This document shows, piece by piece, positions 37,348 to 46,403 of a stretch of DNA of 64,000 bases (the stretch's first letter is position 1; every line of letters starts with the position of its first letter). The position numbers were made by a program, and so were the translations under genes. Under the pieces are notes generated by a model. The model was not told where the DNA came from. It ran no database searches and worked only from the letters and a program-made list of their open reading frames with translations. This stretch comes from Candidatus Saccharimonadota bacterium (GTDB lineage Bacteria > Patescibacteriota > Saccharimonadia > Saccharimonadales > JAGQNJ01), in contig DAISWO010000001.1 of assembly GCA_036826295.1 (NCBI GenBank), positions 157,652 to 221,651 of the forward strand, read 5' to 3'.

Positions 37348-40300
37348 ATGAAAACAAACGTGCATAAAATATTATTATCATTACGAGCCAATAAGAATCT
37401 CCTTTTTTCTATCTCTACTGCTTTTGTATTGCTGTTTTTAGTGAGTTTTGGGAATTCAAAAATTAGCGCAGCAACTGGAATTAACGAACAAATTAATTAT
37501 CAGGGTAGATTGCTAACTAATACAGGTGCAACAGTACCCGATGGTTCATACAATATGGAGTTTAAGATTACGCAGGACGGCGATGGATGTAATCCAACTT
37601 CTGGGACTCCTCCTTGCGGAGGTTCGGTAGAATGGACAGAAACTCGAACTGGAGGTAACAAGGTTACGGTGAAAAATGGATATTTCTCCGTGTATCTTGG
37701 TTCAGTGACGGCCTTTGGAACTAGTGTGGATTGGAATCAAGACTCTTTGTGGTTATCCGTAAATATTGGCGGAATAGGAGCGCCAAGCTGGGACGGTGAG
37801 CTTGAGCCTTTTTCTCGACTTAGCTCCACTCCATATGCCATGAACTCCAAGTCTCTTGGCGGTTTGTTGGCGAGTAACTTCTTGCAATTATCACAGGGTA
37901 GCCAAACAGATAGCTCGATACTATCGTCACTATACATAAATAAGACTGGAGCTAGTGGTAATATTTTACAGCTGCAGAAAAACGGTTCAGACGTTTTTGT
38001 TGTAGATAACGGAGGTGGACTGACGTTTGGTGCCGGTTTAGGTATCGATGCTTCGTCTGGCACTTTAACTTTAGGTAACTCAACTGCAAGTGCAGTGTCA
38101 ATTTGTAACTCTGCAACCTGCGATACGGTTTCGATCGGTACTAATGGGGATACGGATGCTATTACTATTGGTGACCAAAATGATACCACAAGAGTTATTG
38201 GAACATTTGATGTTGGCAATACCACCGGTGGGTCAACTATTGATATTGGAACGCGCGTTGGCGCTGATCCAGATTTGATTAGTCTCGGAAGCTCAAATGA
38301 TACTTTGACACTTACTGGCGGCTCAGCATCTACGATTGTATGGAATGGCACGACCATTTCGGCCGCAGAACTGAACATACTTGATGGTGGACTGGTCGAC
38401 TCCGAAATAGCTGATGCTCTGACCGTAACAGGTGGAACTGTAGATGCTACCACCACCATCGACAAAGACCCTGTCATCACTCTAGGTACTGATCTTTCTG
38501 GAAGCGTAACGCTGTCTAATCTAGCTAGCGGGACTTTGAATGCTACCATAACTAGCGACTCCGTGGCTCTCACTACTGATACGACAGGTGATTACGTTTC
38601 TTCGGCTACTGCAAGTGGCGGTTTGATAATCACCGGTACAGAAGGCGCTTCGCTTGGGGTCGATCTTTCTTCGGCGGACGGTACTGGGGTTACGTCTTCA
38701 GGCTCTGGCCTAGAGATCGACGCAAATGGTATTGGTTTGCTTCAGGGCTGTTCAGATGGAGAAATTATCAAATGGACAGAGGGTACAAATTTATGGTCTT
38801 GTGCAGCTGATGCTACAGGTGGCGGAGGAGTAAGCGATGGCGACAAAGGGGATATTACTGTCTCCGCCAGCGGTGTGACCTATACGTTGGATGCCGATAT
38901 TTCGAAAACTTTTACTGGCGCACTTACATTTGCTCCATCTGGAACAAACAATACAACCTTCAGAAATGACTCCAACTCGCAGGTTGTATTCGACTCAACT
39001 GATGATAATACGGCAGACTTTACAACTACTTCTAACCAAAACCTTGCATTTTCTGCAGGTGGGACTGGCGATATATATGTAGGCCTTGATGCAGATACTA
39101 ACTTCAATTTATATAACCCTGGCATAGCTACACAAGACCTATTTTTGATAAATGATGCCAGTGGCGGGACTGTAACTAATGGTGTAGATGCAATGCAGAT
39201 AATCTTTCGGCAAGGTGATGATGGTGACGCTACCGACACTAATGCCGGGTTAACTATATCCATAATATCTTCATCTGATGATGCTGATATTCTGTATGGC
39301 CTAAACGTTGATAATATCACTGGCGGTACAGCATCAGAAACGGCATTACGTATTGGAACTGGTTGGGATACTGGATTAAAGATAGAATCTGGCGGTGTCA
39401 ATGTGAGCGCCGGTCAGATTTTGGCTTCAAATCAAGGGGTTGAGTTTACCGAATCTGACACTAACCCGACGTGTGCGGCCGGTAATTATAATATATTTTC
39501 TGACGCATCTGAGTCCAAACTTAAACAATGTGTAAATGGTACGGTCAGCGATCTTGGTGCTGTTAATAAATACGAAACATTTACTAATACCGGTACATAT
39601 ACTAAACCAAGTGACGCATCACTAGTGATTGTCGAAGCTTGGGGAGGCGGTGGTGGCGGTGGAGGTGCTTCAGGCGGGACTCTAGCTGCAGTTCGTTCTG
39701 GTGGCGCTGGTGGCGGTGGTGGAGCATTTGTAACGGGTAGTTTCTTAGCAAGCAATATAGGCAGTACCGTTCCTGTTACGATAGGGACAGGCGGTACTGC
39801 TGGTGGCGCAGGTGCAAACAACACAGGTACTGACGGTGGTGCTGGTAACCCGAGTTGTTTTAGCACAACAACATCTTGTGCGGGCACAATTCATCTACGT
39901 GCATACGGTGGTGGTGGAGGTAATGGTAATGGTACCGCCGGTTCTGGCGGTGGTGGCGGGGGTGGCTCACACTCTGGTTGGGCTATTAACGGAACTGCCG
40001 GAACAGGCGGGACTGGAGGTGGTCCGTTGGGGGCAGCAGCTGGTGCAGTTAACAGTGGTTCTGGTGGTGGCGGAGGCGCGACAGCCGCAGCCACAGGTGC
40101 TGCTGGTGGAGCGGCTCAATTTGGCGGTGCCGGTGGCGGTTCGTCTTCTTCTACGGGTGCCGGTAACTCTGGAAACGGTGGTACATCTGTACGTGGCGGT
40201 GCCGGTGGCGGTGCCGGTGGAACATGTGCTATAACAACCTGCACATCACGTAATGGTGGCGCTGGCGGAAAAAATTTAAGTGGCGTTAGTGGCGGTGGTG

Positions 40301-41820
40301 GAGCATTAGGTACTGGTGGTGCTACGGGTACTGCTGGTGGTGCTGGATCAGACGGTATTAGTTATGGAGGTGATGGTGGCGGTGGAGGCGGAACAAGCAA
40401 TACCACGAGCCCAGGAGGTAATGGCGGTGCCGGTGGTGCTCAAGGCGGCGGTGGTGGTGGCGGTGGTGCTTTGGCAATTGCGGCTGGCGGAACTGGTGGC
40501 GCTGGTGGCGTTGGTGGCAGGGGTGAAGTTAGGGTATGGACAGTAAGGGGCTCAGGGGCTGACCTTGCTGAGGTATACGGTACAAAAGAAAATGATTTAA
40601 TTGCCGGTGATGTGGTTTGTCTAGATTCTTCGCTGAGGGCAGGGGTTAAAAAGTGTACAAATAAATATGACCCAACAGCAATGGGAATAATATCTACCAC
40701 TCCCGGACTGGTCATCGGAGACGTACAAGATAGTGATGTTCATGCAGCACCAGTAGTATTGGCTGGACGAACACCAATAAGAGTGTCAAGAGAAAATGGT
40801 GATATTGAGGCAGGTGATTTATTGACTGCCTCTTCAACGCCAGGAATAGCGATGAAAGCCACCAAAGCCGGTCAAATAATCGGTCAGGCGATGGCACCGT
40901 TCCACGGCGACGGAGTCGGCATGACCATGGCGTTCGTAAAGACCAATTTTTCAAACGGCTCTAGGGCTAGTAAACTTTTTCAGACGGCCGATAGCCAGAT
41001 TGCCGACAGTCAAACAGCCGTAGGCGCAGAATTATTATCGTATCTTGCCGAAGAAAAAGATGCAGTCACTGTGGATCACAGCCTGTCAGAAATAATAACG
41101 GATCGGGTAGTCGCTGGGTTAGAAGTTGTTTCCCCTAGTGTTGTAACTAGTGATTTGAGTGTGGATAATGTTACTTCGGCAAATGCAGATGACATCCAGA
41201 TAAATAGTGATGTAGTCATAAACGGCACCTTAAAAGCCGATAAAATATTTGCCAATCAGATAGAAGGCTTAGAACTACTGACCGATAAAATCTCTACCCG
41301 CTCAATTAATAATCTCCCTGTCGAACAGAGCAATACTCTGCTTTCAGGAGAAACAGCTAGCCACTCAACTAACTTAGATACTGTCACGATTAAATCAGCC
41401 GCTATAACACTGGATCTTCAGATCGCCGGCCAGTTGATGGCTAGTGGTGGGTTGAAAGTAGATGGGCCGTCTGAGTTTATGGGCGAGGCAATCTTTAACG
41501 GATTGGTTAGTATTATTGGAGACACGACAATTAGTGGCGATACGACCTTTACTGGACGGACGACATTCAATAGTGACAGCGGTGGATTTGCGCTAATTAA
41601 AGCAGGCAAGCGAGAAGTAGAGGTATTGTTCGATAAGCCGTATGCCGATCTGCCTATTGTTACTCTAACAAATAGAAACGGACAATTTGTTAACTATGCC
41701 TACAAGGACTTGGCATCCACTGGGTTCACGATTGTCTTAGATGAACCAGCAATATCAAATGTGGAGTTTTCTTGGACTGCACTTAGCATTAAAAACCCTC
41801 AGTTAAGTGAGAGCCCGTAA
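37348..41820 (+). CDS. 1490-aa secreted fibre/adhesin-like protein with a ~290-aa glycine-rich block
   Basis: Signal peptide, N-terminal module INYQGRL...PYAMNS, long Thr/Gly/Ser beta-type region, and poly-Gly block starting YTKPSDASLVIVEAWGGGGGGGG. The C-terminal small beta domain is lectin-like by pattern only. Confidence 0.8.
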   Translation: MKTNVHKILLSLRANKNLLFSISTAFVLLFLVSFGNSKISAATGINEQINYQGRLLTNTGATVPDGSYNMEFKITQDGDGCNPTSGTPPCGGSVEWTETRTGGNKVTVKNGYFSVYLGSVTAFGTSVDWNQDSLWLSVNIGGIGAPSWDGELEPFSRLSSTPYAMNSKSLGGLLASNFLQLSQGSQTDSSILSSLYINKTGASGNILQLQKNGSDVFVVDNGGGLTFGAGLGIDASSGTLTLGNSTASAVSICNSATCDTVSIGTNGDTDAITIGDQNDTTRVIGTFDVGNTTGGSTIDIGTRVGADPDLISLGSSNDTLTLTGGSASTIVWNGTTISAAELNILDGGLVDSEIADALTVTGGTVDATTTIDKDPVITLGTDLSGSVTLSNLASGTLNATITSDSVALTTDTTGDYVSSATASGGLIITGTEGASLGVDLSSADGTGVTSSGSGLEIDANGIGLLQGCSDGEIIKWTEGTNLWSCAADATGGGGVSDGDKGDITVSASGVTYTLDADISKTFTGALTFAPSGTNNTTFRNDSNSQVVFDSTDDNTADFTTTSNQNLAFSAGGTGDIYVGLDADTNFNLYNPGIATQDLFLINDASGGTVTNGVDAMQIIFRQGDDGDATDTNAGLTISIISSSDDADILYGLNVDNITGGTASETALRIGTGWDTGLKIESGGVNVSAGQILASNQGVEFTESDTNPTCAAGNYNIFSDASESKLKQCVNGTVSDLGAVNKYETFTNTGTYTKPSDASLVIVEAWGGGGGGGGASGGTLAAVRSGGAGGGGGAFVTGSFLASNIGSTVPVTIGTGGTAGGAGANNTGTDGGAGNPSCFSTTTSCAGTIHLRAYGGGGGNGNGTAGSGGGGGGGSHSGWAINGTAGTGGTGGGPLGAAAGAVNSGSGGGGGATAAATGAAGGAAQFGGAGGGSSSSTGAGNSGNGGTSVRGGAGGGAGGTCAITTCTSRNGGAGGKNLSGVSGGGGALGTGGATGTAGGAGSDGISYGGDGGGGGGTSNTTSPGGNGGAGGAQGGGGGGGGALAIAAGGTGGAGGVGGRGEVRVWTVRGSGADLAEVYGTKENDLIAGDVVCLDSSLRAGVKKCTNKYDPTAMGIISTTPGLVIGDVQDSDVHAAPVVLAGRTPIRVSRENGDIEAGDLLTASSTPGIAMKATKAGQIIGQAMAPFHGDGVGMTMAFVKTNFSNGSRASKLFQTADSQIADSQTAVGAELLSYLAEEKDAVTVDHSLSEIITDRVVAGLEVVSPSVVTSDLSVDNVTSANADDIQINSDVVINGTLKADKIFANQIEGLELLTDKISTRSINNLPVEQSNTLLSGETASHSTNLDTVTIKSAAITLDLQIAGQLMASGGLKVDGPSEFMGEAIFNGLVSIIGDTTISGDTTFTGRTTFNSDSGGFALIKAGKREVEVLFDKPYADLPIVTLTNRNGQFVNYAYKDLASTGFTIVLDEPAISNVEFSWTALSIKNPQLSESP
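39640..40520 (+). repeat. low-complexity GGT/GGC/GCT-rich coding tract (Gly/Ala-rich block of the giant protein)
   Basis: Visible runs of ggtggtggcggtgg and its variants. The tract generates spurious ORFs in other frames and on the other strand. Confidence 0.8.
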
Positions 41821-41827
41821 ACCCTGT

Positions 41828-42787
41828 TTAATTTGCTCGACTGACGTAGTCGTAAATTTTTTCTGATAAATCTTTTATATGCTGGTTTGCTTTGGTGGAA
41901 TTATCGTCTAACATTACGCACAAAATGTATCGCCGGTTTGGAACATACACGATTCCACAGTCACTTTGAGTTATATCACTAAACGAGCCAATTTTTTGTA
42001 CTACTTCAACATTTTTCGGTATACCAGCTTTAATTCTTTGTTCGCCCGTGCCAGTAGTATTTTTTAGCTCGTTAAGTATCTCTTGTGAATGCTCTGCGCT
42101 TAAGAAGCATGAGAAATAAAGACATTTAATGAACGAACTATATGAACGAGCGCTAATTAGCGCTAATTTACCTTGATCACTATATCTGACGTCAGTCTCA
42201 ATATCCAGATTATTGATAGCCTGATCCTGTGGCGCTAAAAGGCCCTGAGTACTGTTGTAGACTATCTGGGCGGCAGTATTATCTGATTCAATAAGTGCAA
42301 TTTTTGCTGCTTCCCGAAGAGTAATAACGTCGCCAGCCTTTAAACTTTCTTGATTTCCGAATTCTGGATCCTTGCTAATATCGTCTGCCCTAACTGTAAC
42401 TTGTTGATCTAACTCGATCTTTCCTTGTTCTGAGGACTTGTATAAATCCATAACTACAGGAATCTTCATAAGAGAAGCACCGACAAGTTTGGTGTCCTCG
42501 CCATACCTAATCGTAGAGCCAGTAAACAAATACTCAAAGTAAAAACTGTGTTTAACGCCAGTCCTATCCAAGTATTCTTCAATCTCTTTTCTGAGAGGCT
42601 GAAAGTTAATTAAGATATCGCTTCGATTTTCTAGAAATAGTCTTTTTGCCAGCAGTGGATACATTTTTTGCTCATTAGTATCCGATGCTCGACTGGTAAA
42701 ATATAACACTCCAAAAACAATACTAAGAACAAAGAAAAAACCAGTTGTGAATAGCAGGGTCTTTTGTCTCATGTCATCTAATAACAC
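41828..42787 (-). CDS. membrane-anchored class A beta-lactamase-related serine hydrolase
   Basis: S-x-x-K (ASLMK), SDN (ESDNTAA) and KxG-like (QKIGS) motifs, plus an N-terminal TM. Confidence 0.65.
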   Translation of the reverse strand: MLLDDMRQKTLLFTTGFFFVLSIVFGVLYFTSRASDTNEQKMYPLLAKRLFLENRSDILINFQPLRKEIEEYLDRTGVKHSFYFEYLFTGSTIRYGEDTKLVGASLMKIPVVMDLYKSSEQGKIELDQQVTVRADDISKDPEFGNQESLKAGDVITLREAAKIALIESDNTAAQIVYNSTQGLLAPQDQAINNLDIETDVRYSDQGKLALISARSYSSFIKCLYFSCFLSAEHSQEILNELKNTTGTGEQRIKAGIPKNVEVVQKIGSFSDITQSDCGIVYVPNRRYILCVMLDDNSTKANQHIKDLSEKIYDYVSRAN

Positions 42788-42836
42788 TCTATGTGTATAA
42801 ATATATGTCGGACTTTAAGCTATAGTAGATTGATAT

Positions 42837-43181
42837 ATGACAAACATTAAGCCCAAAAGCCGTTTTTCTCATTATATTAAAGAAAAGAAGGCAATAATAA
42901 TCAAGATTATTTTTCTTTTTACGTTGATTTTGTGTATTGCTTTGGGAATGTTTTTTATAATGTCCGAAAAGACTAACAGATACCCCTTAGAGTTTAGCCG
43001 TAATTTTTTGGATTCTTGTTTGCAGAACAATGGCACCAAGAAGGGTTGTGAGTGCGCACTTAAATACCTACAAGATAACTATTCATACGAAGAAGTTCAG
43101 CAGTTTGATCAACAAGCGCTGAAGGACAACAACACAATTCCGGACGCAATATCAAACAGTTTTACGAACTGCTATAAATAG
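42837..43181 (+). CDS. hypothetical membrane-anchored protein (114 aa)
   Basis: ORF with a single TM and four Cys in the exported part. Confidence 0.45.
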   Translation: MTNIKPKSRFSHYIKEKKAIIIKIIFLFTLILCIALGMFFIMSEKTNRYPLEFSRNFLDSCLQNNGTKKGCECALKYLQDNYSYEEVQQFDQQALKDNNTIPDAISNSFTNCYK

Positions 43182-43268
43182 ACCCTTAACTATTTCTTGA
43201 AACTCAGTCAGTATACTGGTAAGCTATGCAGAAGAAAGCCATAAGCGAGTAACGAGGAGACTAAGATA

Positions 43269-43721
43269 ATGCTTGAAGAACAAGCTACTCAGAATAGTTA
43301 TAATAAACCAAAAAAATCTAGAAAAAAGTTTAAAAAGATATTAGCAGTAATTGCGTTCATTGCTCTGTTGCTGGTTGGCGGGTACGTCACATACAATTAC
43401 ATTCAGGAGCAGAATGCCAAGATAGACAGATTATCAAACCCTCAAGAAGCAGCAAAAGATGAAGTCAATAAGTTGTTGACAGTAGTTGGGCAGACGACAG
43501 AGTTGCCGGCAGGAGAAATACCAACTCTCGCAACAGTTAGCAATGCCGCCAAACTAAAGAACCAAGCTTTTTTCAAGAACGCCGAGAACGGTGATAAAGT
43601 TCTAATCTTCACAAAAGCCAAAAAAGCATATTTGTATCGTCCGTCAACAAACAAGATAGTTGAGATTGCTCCGATTAATATTGGCGACAATACAAAAAAC
43701 ACTAACCAAAAAGATCAATAA
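43269..43721 (+). CDS. hypothetical membrane-anchored protein (150 aa)
   Basis: SD GAGGAG upstream, basic N-terminus, then a TM. Confidence 0.5.
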   Translation: MLEEQATQNSYNKPKKSRKKFKKILAVIAFIALLLVGGYVTYNYIQEQNAKIDRLSNPQEAAKDEVNKLLTVVGQTTELPAGEIPTLATVSNAAKLKNQAFFKNAENGDKVLIFTKAKKAYLYRPSTNKIVEIAPINIGDNTKNTNQKDQ

Positions 43722-43744
43722 AACACTAAAAGAATCACTGTTGT

Positions 43745-43819
43745 TGGTGCGGGTAGAGAGAATCGAACTCTCCTCTCGACCTTGGGAAGGTCGCATATTA
43801 ACCACTATACGATACCCGC
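43745..43819 (-). tRNA. tRNA-Gly (anticodon CCC), CCA encoded
   Basis: Manual fold: acceptor GCGGGTA/TACCCGC, anticodon stem CGACC/GGTCG with loop ttCCCaa, T loop TTCGATT. Confidence 0.85.
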
Positions 43820-43887
43820 GTGGGCATAATTAATTATACATCGACCTCTGTTTTGTTCAATTATTTCTGATAGAATATATCAAATGT

Positions 43888-43963
43888 GCCACCGTAGCTC
43901 AGTTGGTAGAGCAACACATTCGTAACGTGTAGGTCGGCAGTTCGATTCTGCTCGGTGGCTCCA
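43888..43963 (+). tRNA. tRNA-Thr (anticodon CGU), discriminator U, CCA encoded
   Basis: Acceptor GCCACCG/CGGTGGC, D arm GCTC/GAGC, anticodon loop ttCGTaa, T arm GGCAG-TTCGATT-CTGCT. Confidence 0.85.
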
Positions 43964-44016
43964 AGTTGCTGTTAACAGATAAAACTGATACGATATTTTA
44001 GTCTTTCAGACGATGC

Positions 44017-44094
44017 GGGCCCGTGGTGTAGCTGGCCTAACACGCCTCCCTGTCACGGAGGAGATCGCCGGTTCGAATCCGGTCGGGCCCGCCA
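44017..44094 (+). tRNA. tRNA-Asp (anticodon GUC), CCA encoded
   Basis: Acceptor GGGCCCG/CGGGCCC, anticodon stem CCTCC/GGAGG with loop ctGTCac, T arm GCCGG-TTCGAAT-CCGGT, G73. Confidence 0.85.
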
Positions 44095-44101
44095 TAGAAA
44101 A

Positions 44102-44132
44102 AGCCTCAGGTCTTGTATCTGGGGCTTTTTCT
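44102..44132 (+). terminator. intrinsic terminator after the tRNA-Thr/tRNA-Asp pair
   Basis: AGCCTCAG pairs with CTGGGGCT (8 bp, one G-U), followed by TTTT. Confidence 0.6.
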
Positions 44133-44371
44133 ATTGACGAGACTTGTCTCGTGTTTCGGACCGGATACCGCGTAGCGGCCGGTTCGGTCATCAAGCCCGC
44201 GCACAGAAGCTTGCTTCGAGCACGGGTGTAGATGTGCGCAGAAGGTCGGGCTCGGCAGACCGAACCTTAGTGCTGTACTTTGTTTGTTGGTTTTTACAAT
44301 TTCGTATTCACTAGATTTTATGAGGAAACATATAGATGCGTGAACTCAGAGTGCCTCGATGGCACTCTTCG

Positions 44372-44396
44372 GGTTCGAATCCGGTCGAGCCCATCA
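44372..44396 (+). repeat. degenerate copy (22/25) of the 3' end of tRNA-Asp
   Basis: ggttcgaatccggtcgAgcccAtca compared with ggttcgaatccggtcgGgcccGcca at 44070-44094. Confidence 0.75.
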
Positions 44397-44444
44397 AAAA
44401 TCTCTAGAATATATTACGATTGAACGGTATAATGGCTCTCAAAT

Positions 44445-44804
44445 ATGGAAATACCAAAAAAATTCTTTCATGATCGCGTAATATTGTTCTTGATCAGTTT
44501 TAATACGTTCTTTGTACTGTTAATAACACTGCTCGGACTGTTACATATTGATGGCAACAGCTCGGATCTGTTCCTGTCGCAGTGCCGATATTGTAGCGAG
44601 GACTTTCCTCAACGTATTTATGGTTCTAGTGTAACTTTATTCTCGATGATTGCGTTTTCATTCATCGTTTTAATCTCTCACGTTATGCTGAGCATGAGGA
44701 TTTATAATGAAAAACGCCGATATGCCATCACAATTTTGGCCCTCGCCACACTATTGATTATTTTCACTCTTGTAGTCAGTAACTCCTTATCAATACAAAA
44801 CTAG
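44445..44804 (+). CDS. hypothetical integral membrane protein (119 aa)
   Basis: Four hydrophobic segments. Lies immediately upstream of the GT2 gene. Confidence 0.5.
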   Translation: MEIPKKFFHDRVILFLISFNTFFVLLITLLGLLHIDGNSSDLFLSQCRYCSEDFPQRIYGSSVTLFSMIAFSFIVLISHVMLSMRIYNEKRRYAITILALATLLIIFTLVVSNSLSIQN

Positions 44805-44808
44805 AATC

Positions 44809-46392
44809 ATGACAGGCATAGAGATACCTCTGCAGTCTGAGAAAAAACTGCATTATAGATTGTTTGAAATACTGCCTGGCGCGCTAACCTGGACTATTTT
44901 GACAGCGCCTTTCTGGCTTAGCCTGATAGCCCCAACAATCACAGCGCTAATTATTATTGCGTTTTTTCTTCTCTGGCTTGTGCGTGCAATTGGGCTAAAT
45001 ATTCGTGTTCTGCAGGGTTATAGGATGATGCAAACGCAAATAAAACTGGACTGGGCAAAAATGCTCGACGATATTACTGATCCAAAAGATACATATAACA
45101 GAGAGTTTCCGAAGTGGCATAACGATATTAAAAAACGCTTAATTGAAAAAGAACCAATGATCGCACCAGATGAAATTATCCATGCTGTATTTATTGCTGC
45201 TTATAACGAGGGTGTTGAAGTGTTAGAGCCCACGATAAAGGCCGTTTTAGCATCTGATTTTGACTCAAAAAAAATGATTTTAGTCATGGCATATGAGGGT
45301 AGAGATGGGGCTCAATCAAAAACAGCCGTACAGGCTATGATTAAAAAATATGCGAATAAGTTTATGGAGGCTCTAGCGTATGAACACCCCTTAACAGAGG
45401 GGGAAGTGCGTGGGAAGGGCGGTAATATAACTTATGCAGGGCGGCAACTGCAAAAATATCTCAAATCTAAACAAATTGATCCGCTAAAAGTTATGGTAAC
45501 TACTCTGGATTCTGATAATCGACCGCACAAAAGTTATTTTTCTGCGCTAAGTTATGTTGTAGCGGCTACCCCTGATCCCGTTAGAGTTTCGTATCAGCCC
45601 ATACCGATGTTTACTAATAATATTTGGGATGTGCCTGCGCCGATGCGTGTGATTGCGACCGGTAACTCTTTTTGGAATATTGTGTTATCACTGAGGCCTC
45701 ACGTGCTCCGTAATTTTGCTTCACATGCTCAAAGCATGAAGGCTTTAATTGATACTGATTTTTGGAGCACCAGAACTATTGTGGAAGACGGTCACCAGTA
45801 CTGGCGGTCGTATTTTAAGTTTGAGGGTAAATACGAGGTTTATCCGTTATATATTCCAATCTACCAGGACGCAGTGTTGTCTAGTAATTACCGAAAAACC
45901 TTAAAAGCTCAATTCATACAATTACGACGTTGGGCATGGGGGGCGTCGGATGTAGCTTATGTTGCCGATAAAGCATTTTTTTCAAAAAATAAAATCTCAA
46001 AGACAGATAAAATCTTCAAATTCTTAAGATTACTAGAAGGGCATGTTAGCTGGGCCACAGCTCCAATAATTTTAGCTTTTGCAGCTTTTGTGCCCCTATT
46101 ACTTAATCCCGATAACTATACGGCCAATCAATTGCCGTTAATCGCCAGTCGTATCCAGACAGTCGCTTTAGTTGGGATATTCGTAACCTTTTTCTTGAGT
46201 ATTAAAACTTTGCCACCAAAACCTAAGCGTTATAAATCTCACAAGTCTATTTTTATGGTGTTACAGTGGGTGCTTTTGCCTGTAACTACCATTATGTTTA
46301 ATGCTATGGCGGCGCTGGTGTCGCAGACTAGGCTGATGCTTGGTCGTTATCTGGATAACTTTGATGTAACCGATAAAGTCGTCAAAAAATAA
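44809..46392 (+). CDS. membrane-embedded processive family-2 glycosyltransferase (cellulose/chitin/hyaluronan-synthase-like)
   Basis: AAYNEG, TLDSDN (DxD), VEDGHQYW (ED) and QLRRW (QxxRW) motifs flanked by TM helices. Confidence 0.75.
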   Translation: MTGIEIPLQSEKKLHYRLFEILPGALTWTILTAPFWLSLIAPTITALIIIAFFLLWLVRAIGLNIRVLQGYRMMQTQIKLDWAKMLDDITDPKDTYNREFPKWHNDIKKRLIEKEPMIAPDEIIHAVFIAAYNEGVEVLEPTIKAVLASDFDSKKMILVMAYEGRDGAQSKTAVQAMIKKYANKFMEALAYEHPLTEGEVRGKGGNITYAGRQLQKYLKSKQIDPLKVMVTTLDSDNRPHKSYFSALSYVVAATPDPVRVSYQPIPMFTNNIWDVPAPMRVIATGNSFWNIVLSLRPHVLRNFASHAQSMKALIDTDFWSTRTIVEDGHQYWRSYFKFEGKYEVYPLYIPIYQDAVLSSNYRKTLKAQFIQLRRWAWGASDVAYVADKAFFSKNKISKTDKIFKFLRLLEGHVSWATAPIILAFAAFVPLLLNPDNYTANQLPLIASRIQTVALVGIFVTFFLSIKTLPPKPKRYKSHKSIFMVLQWVLLPVTTIMFNAMAALVSQTRLMLGRYLDNFDVTDKVVKK

Positions 46393-46403
46393 ATAGGGAA
46401 GAA

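Noticed and set aside
39486-40715. Several ORFs in the track on both strands (133, 143, 67, 76 and 91 aa), rich in Pro/Ala/Val.
   Set aside because: They are alternative-frame and antisense readings of the GGT/GGC-rich glycine block of the 1490-aa gene. Their composition is the mirror of poly-Gly codons, and they have no independent start or SD signals.
44006-44231. ORFs of 62 aa (minus) and 72 aa (plus) overlapping tRNA-Asp.
   Set aside because: They translate straight through the tRNA (the GFEPA-type peptide is the usual T-arm artefact) and through the GC-rich structured insert. They are not coding.
44120-44396. Possible tmRNA: GGGGCTTTTTCTATTGACGAG resembles a tmRNA 5' end, and a T-arm-like 3' end lies at 44372-44396.
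   Set aside because: The GGGGCT is the 3' arm of the tRNA operon terminator. The putative acceptor stem has no G3-U70 pair. The 3' end reads TCA rather than CCA although all tRNAs here encode CCA. The T stem is disrupted, and I found no tag reading frame.
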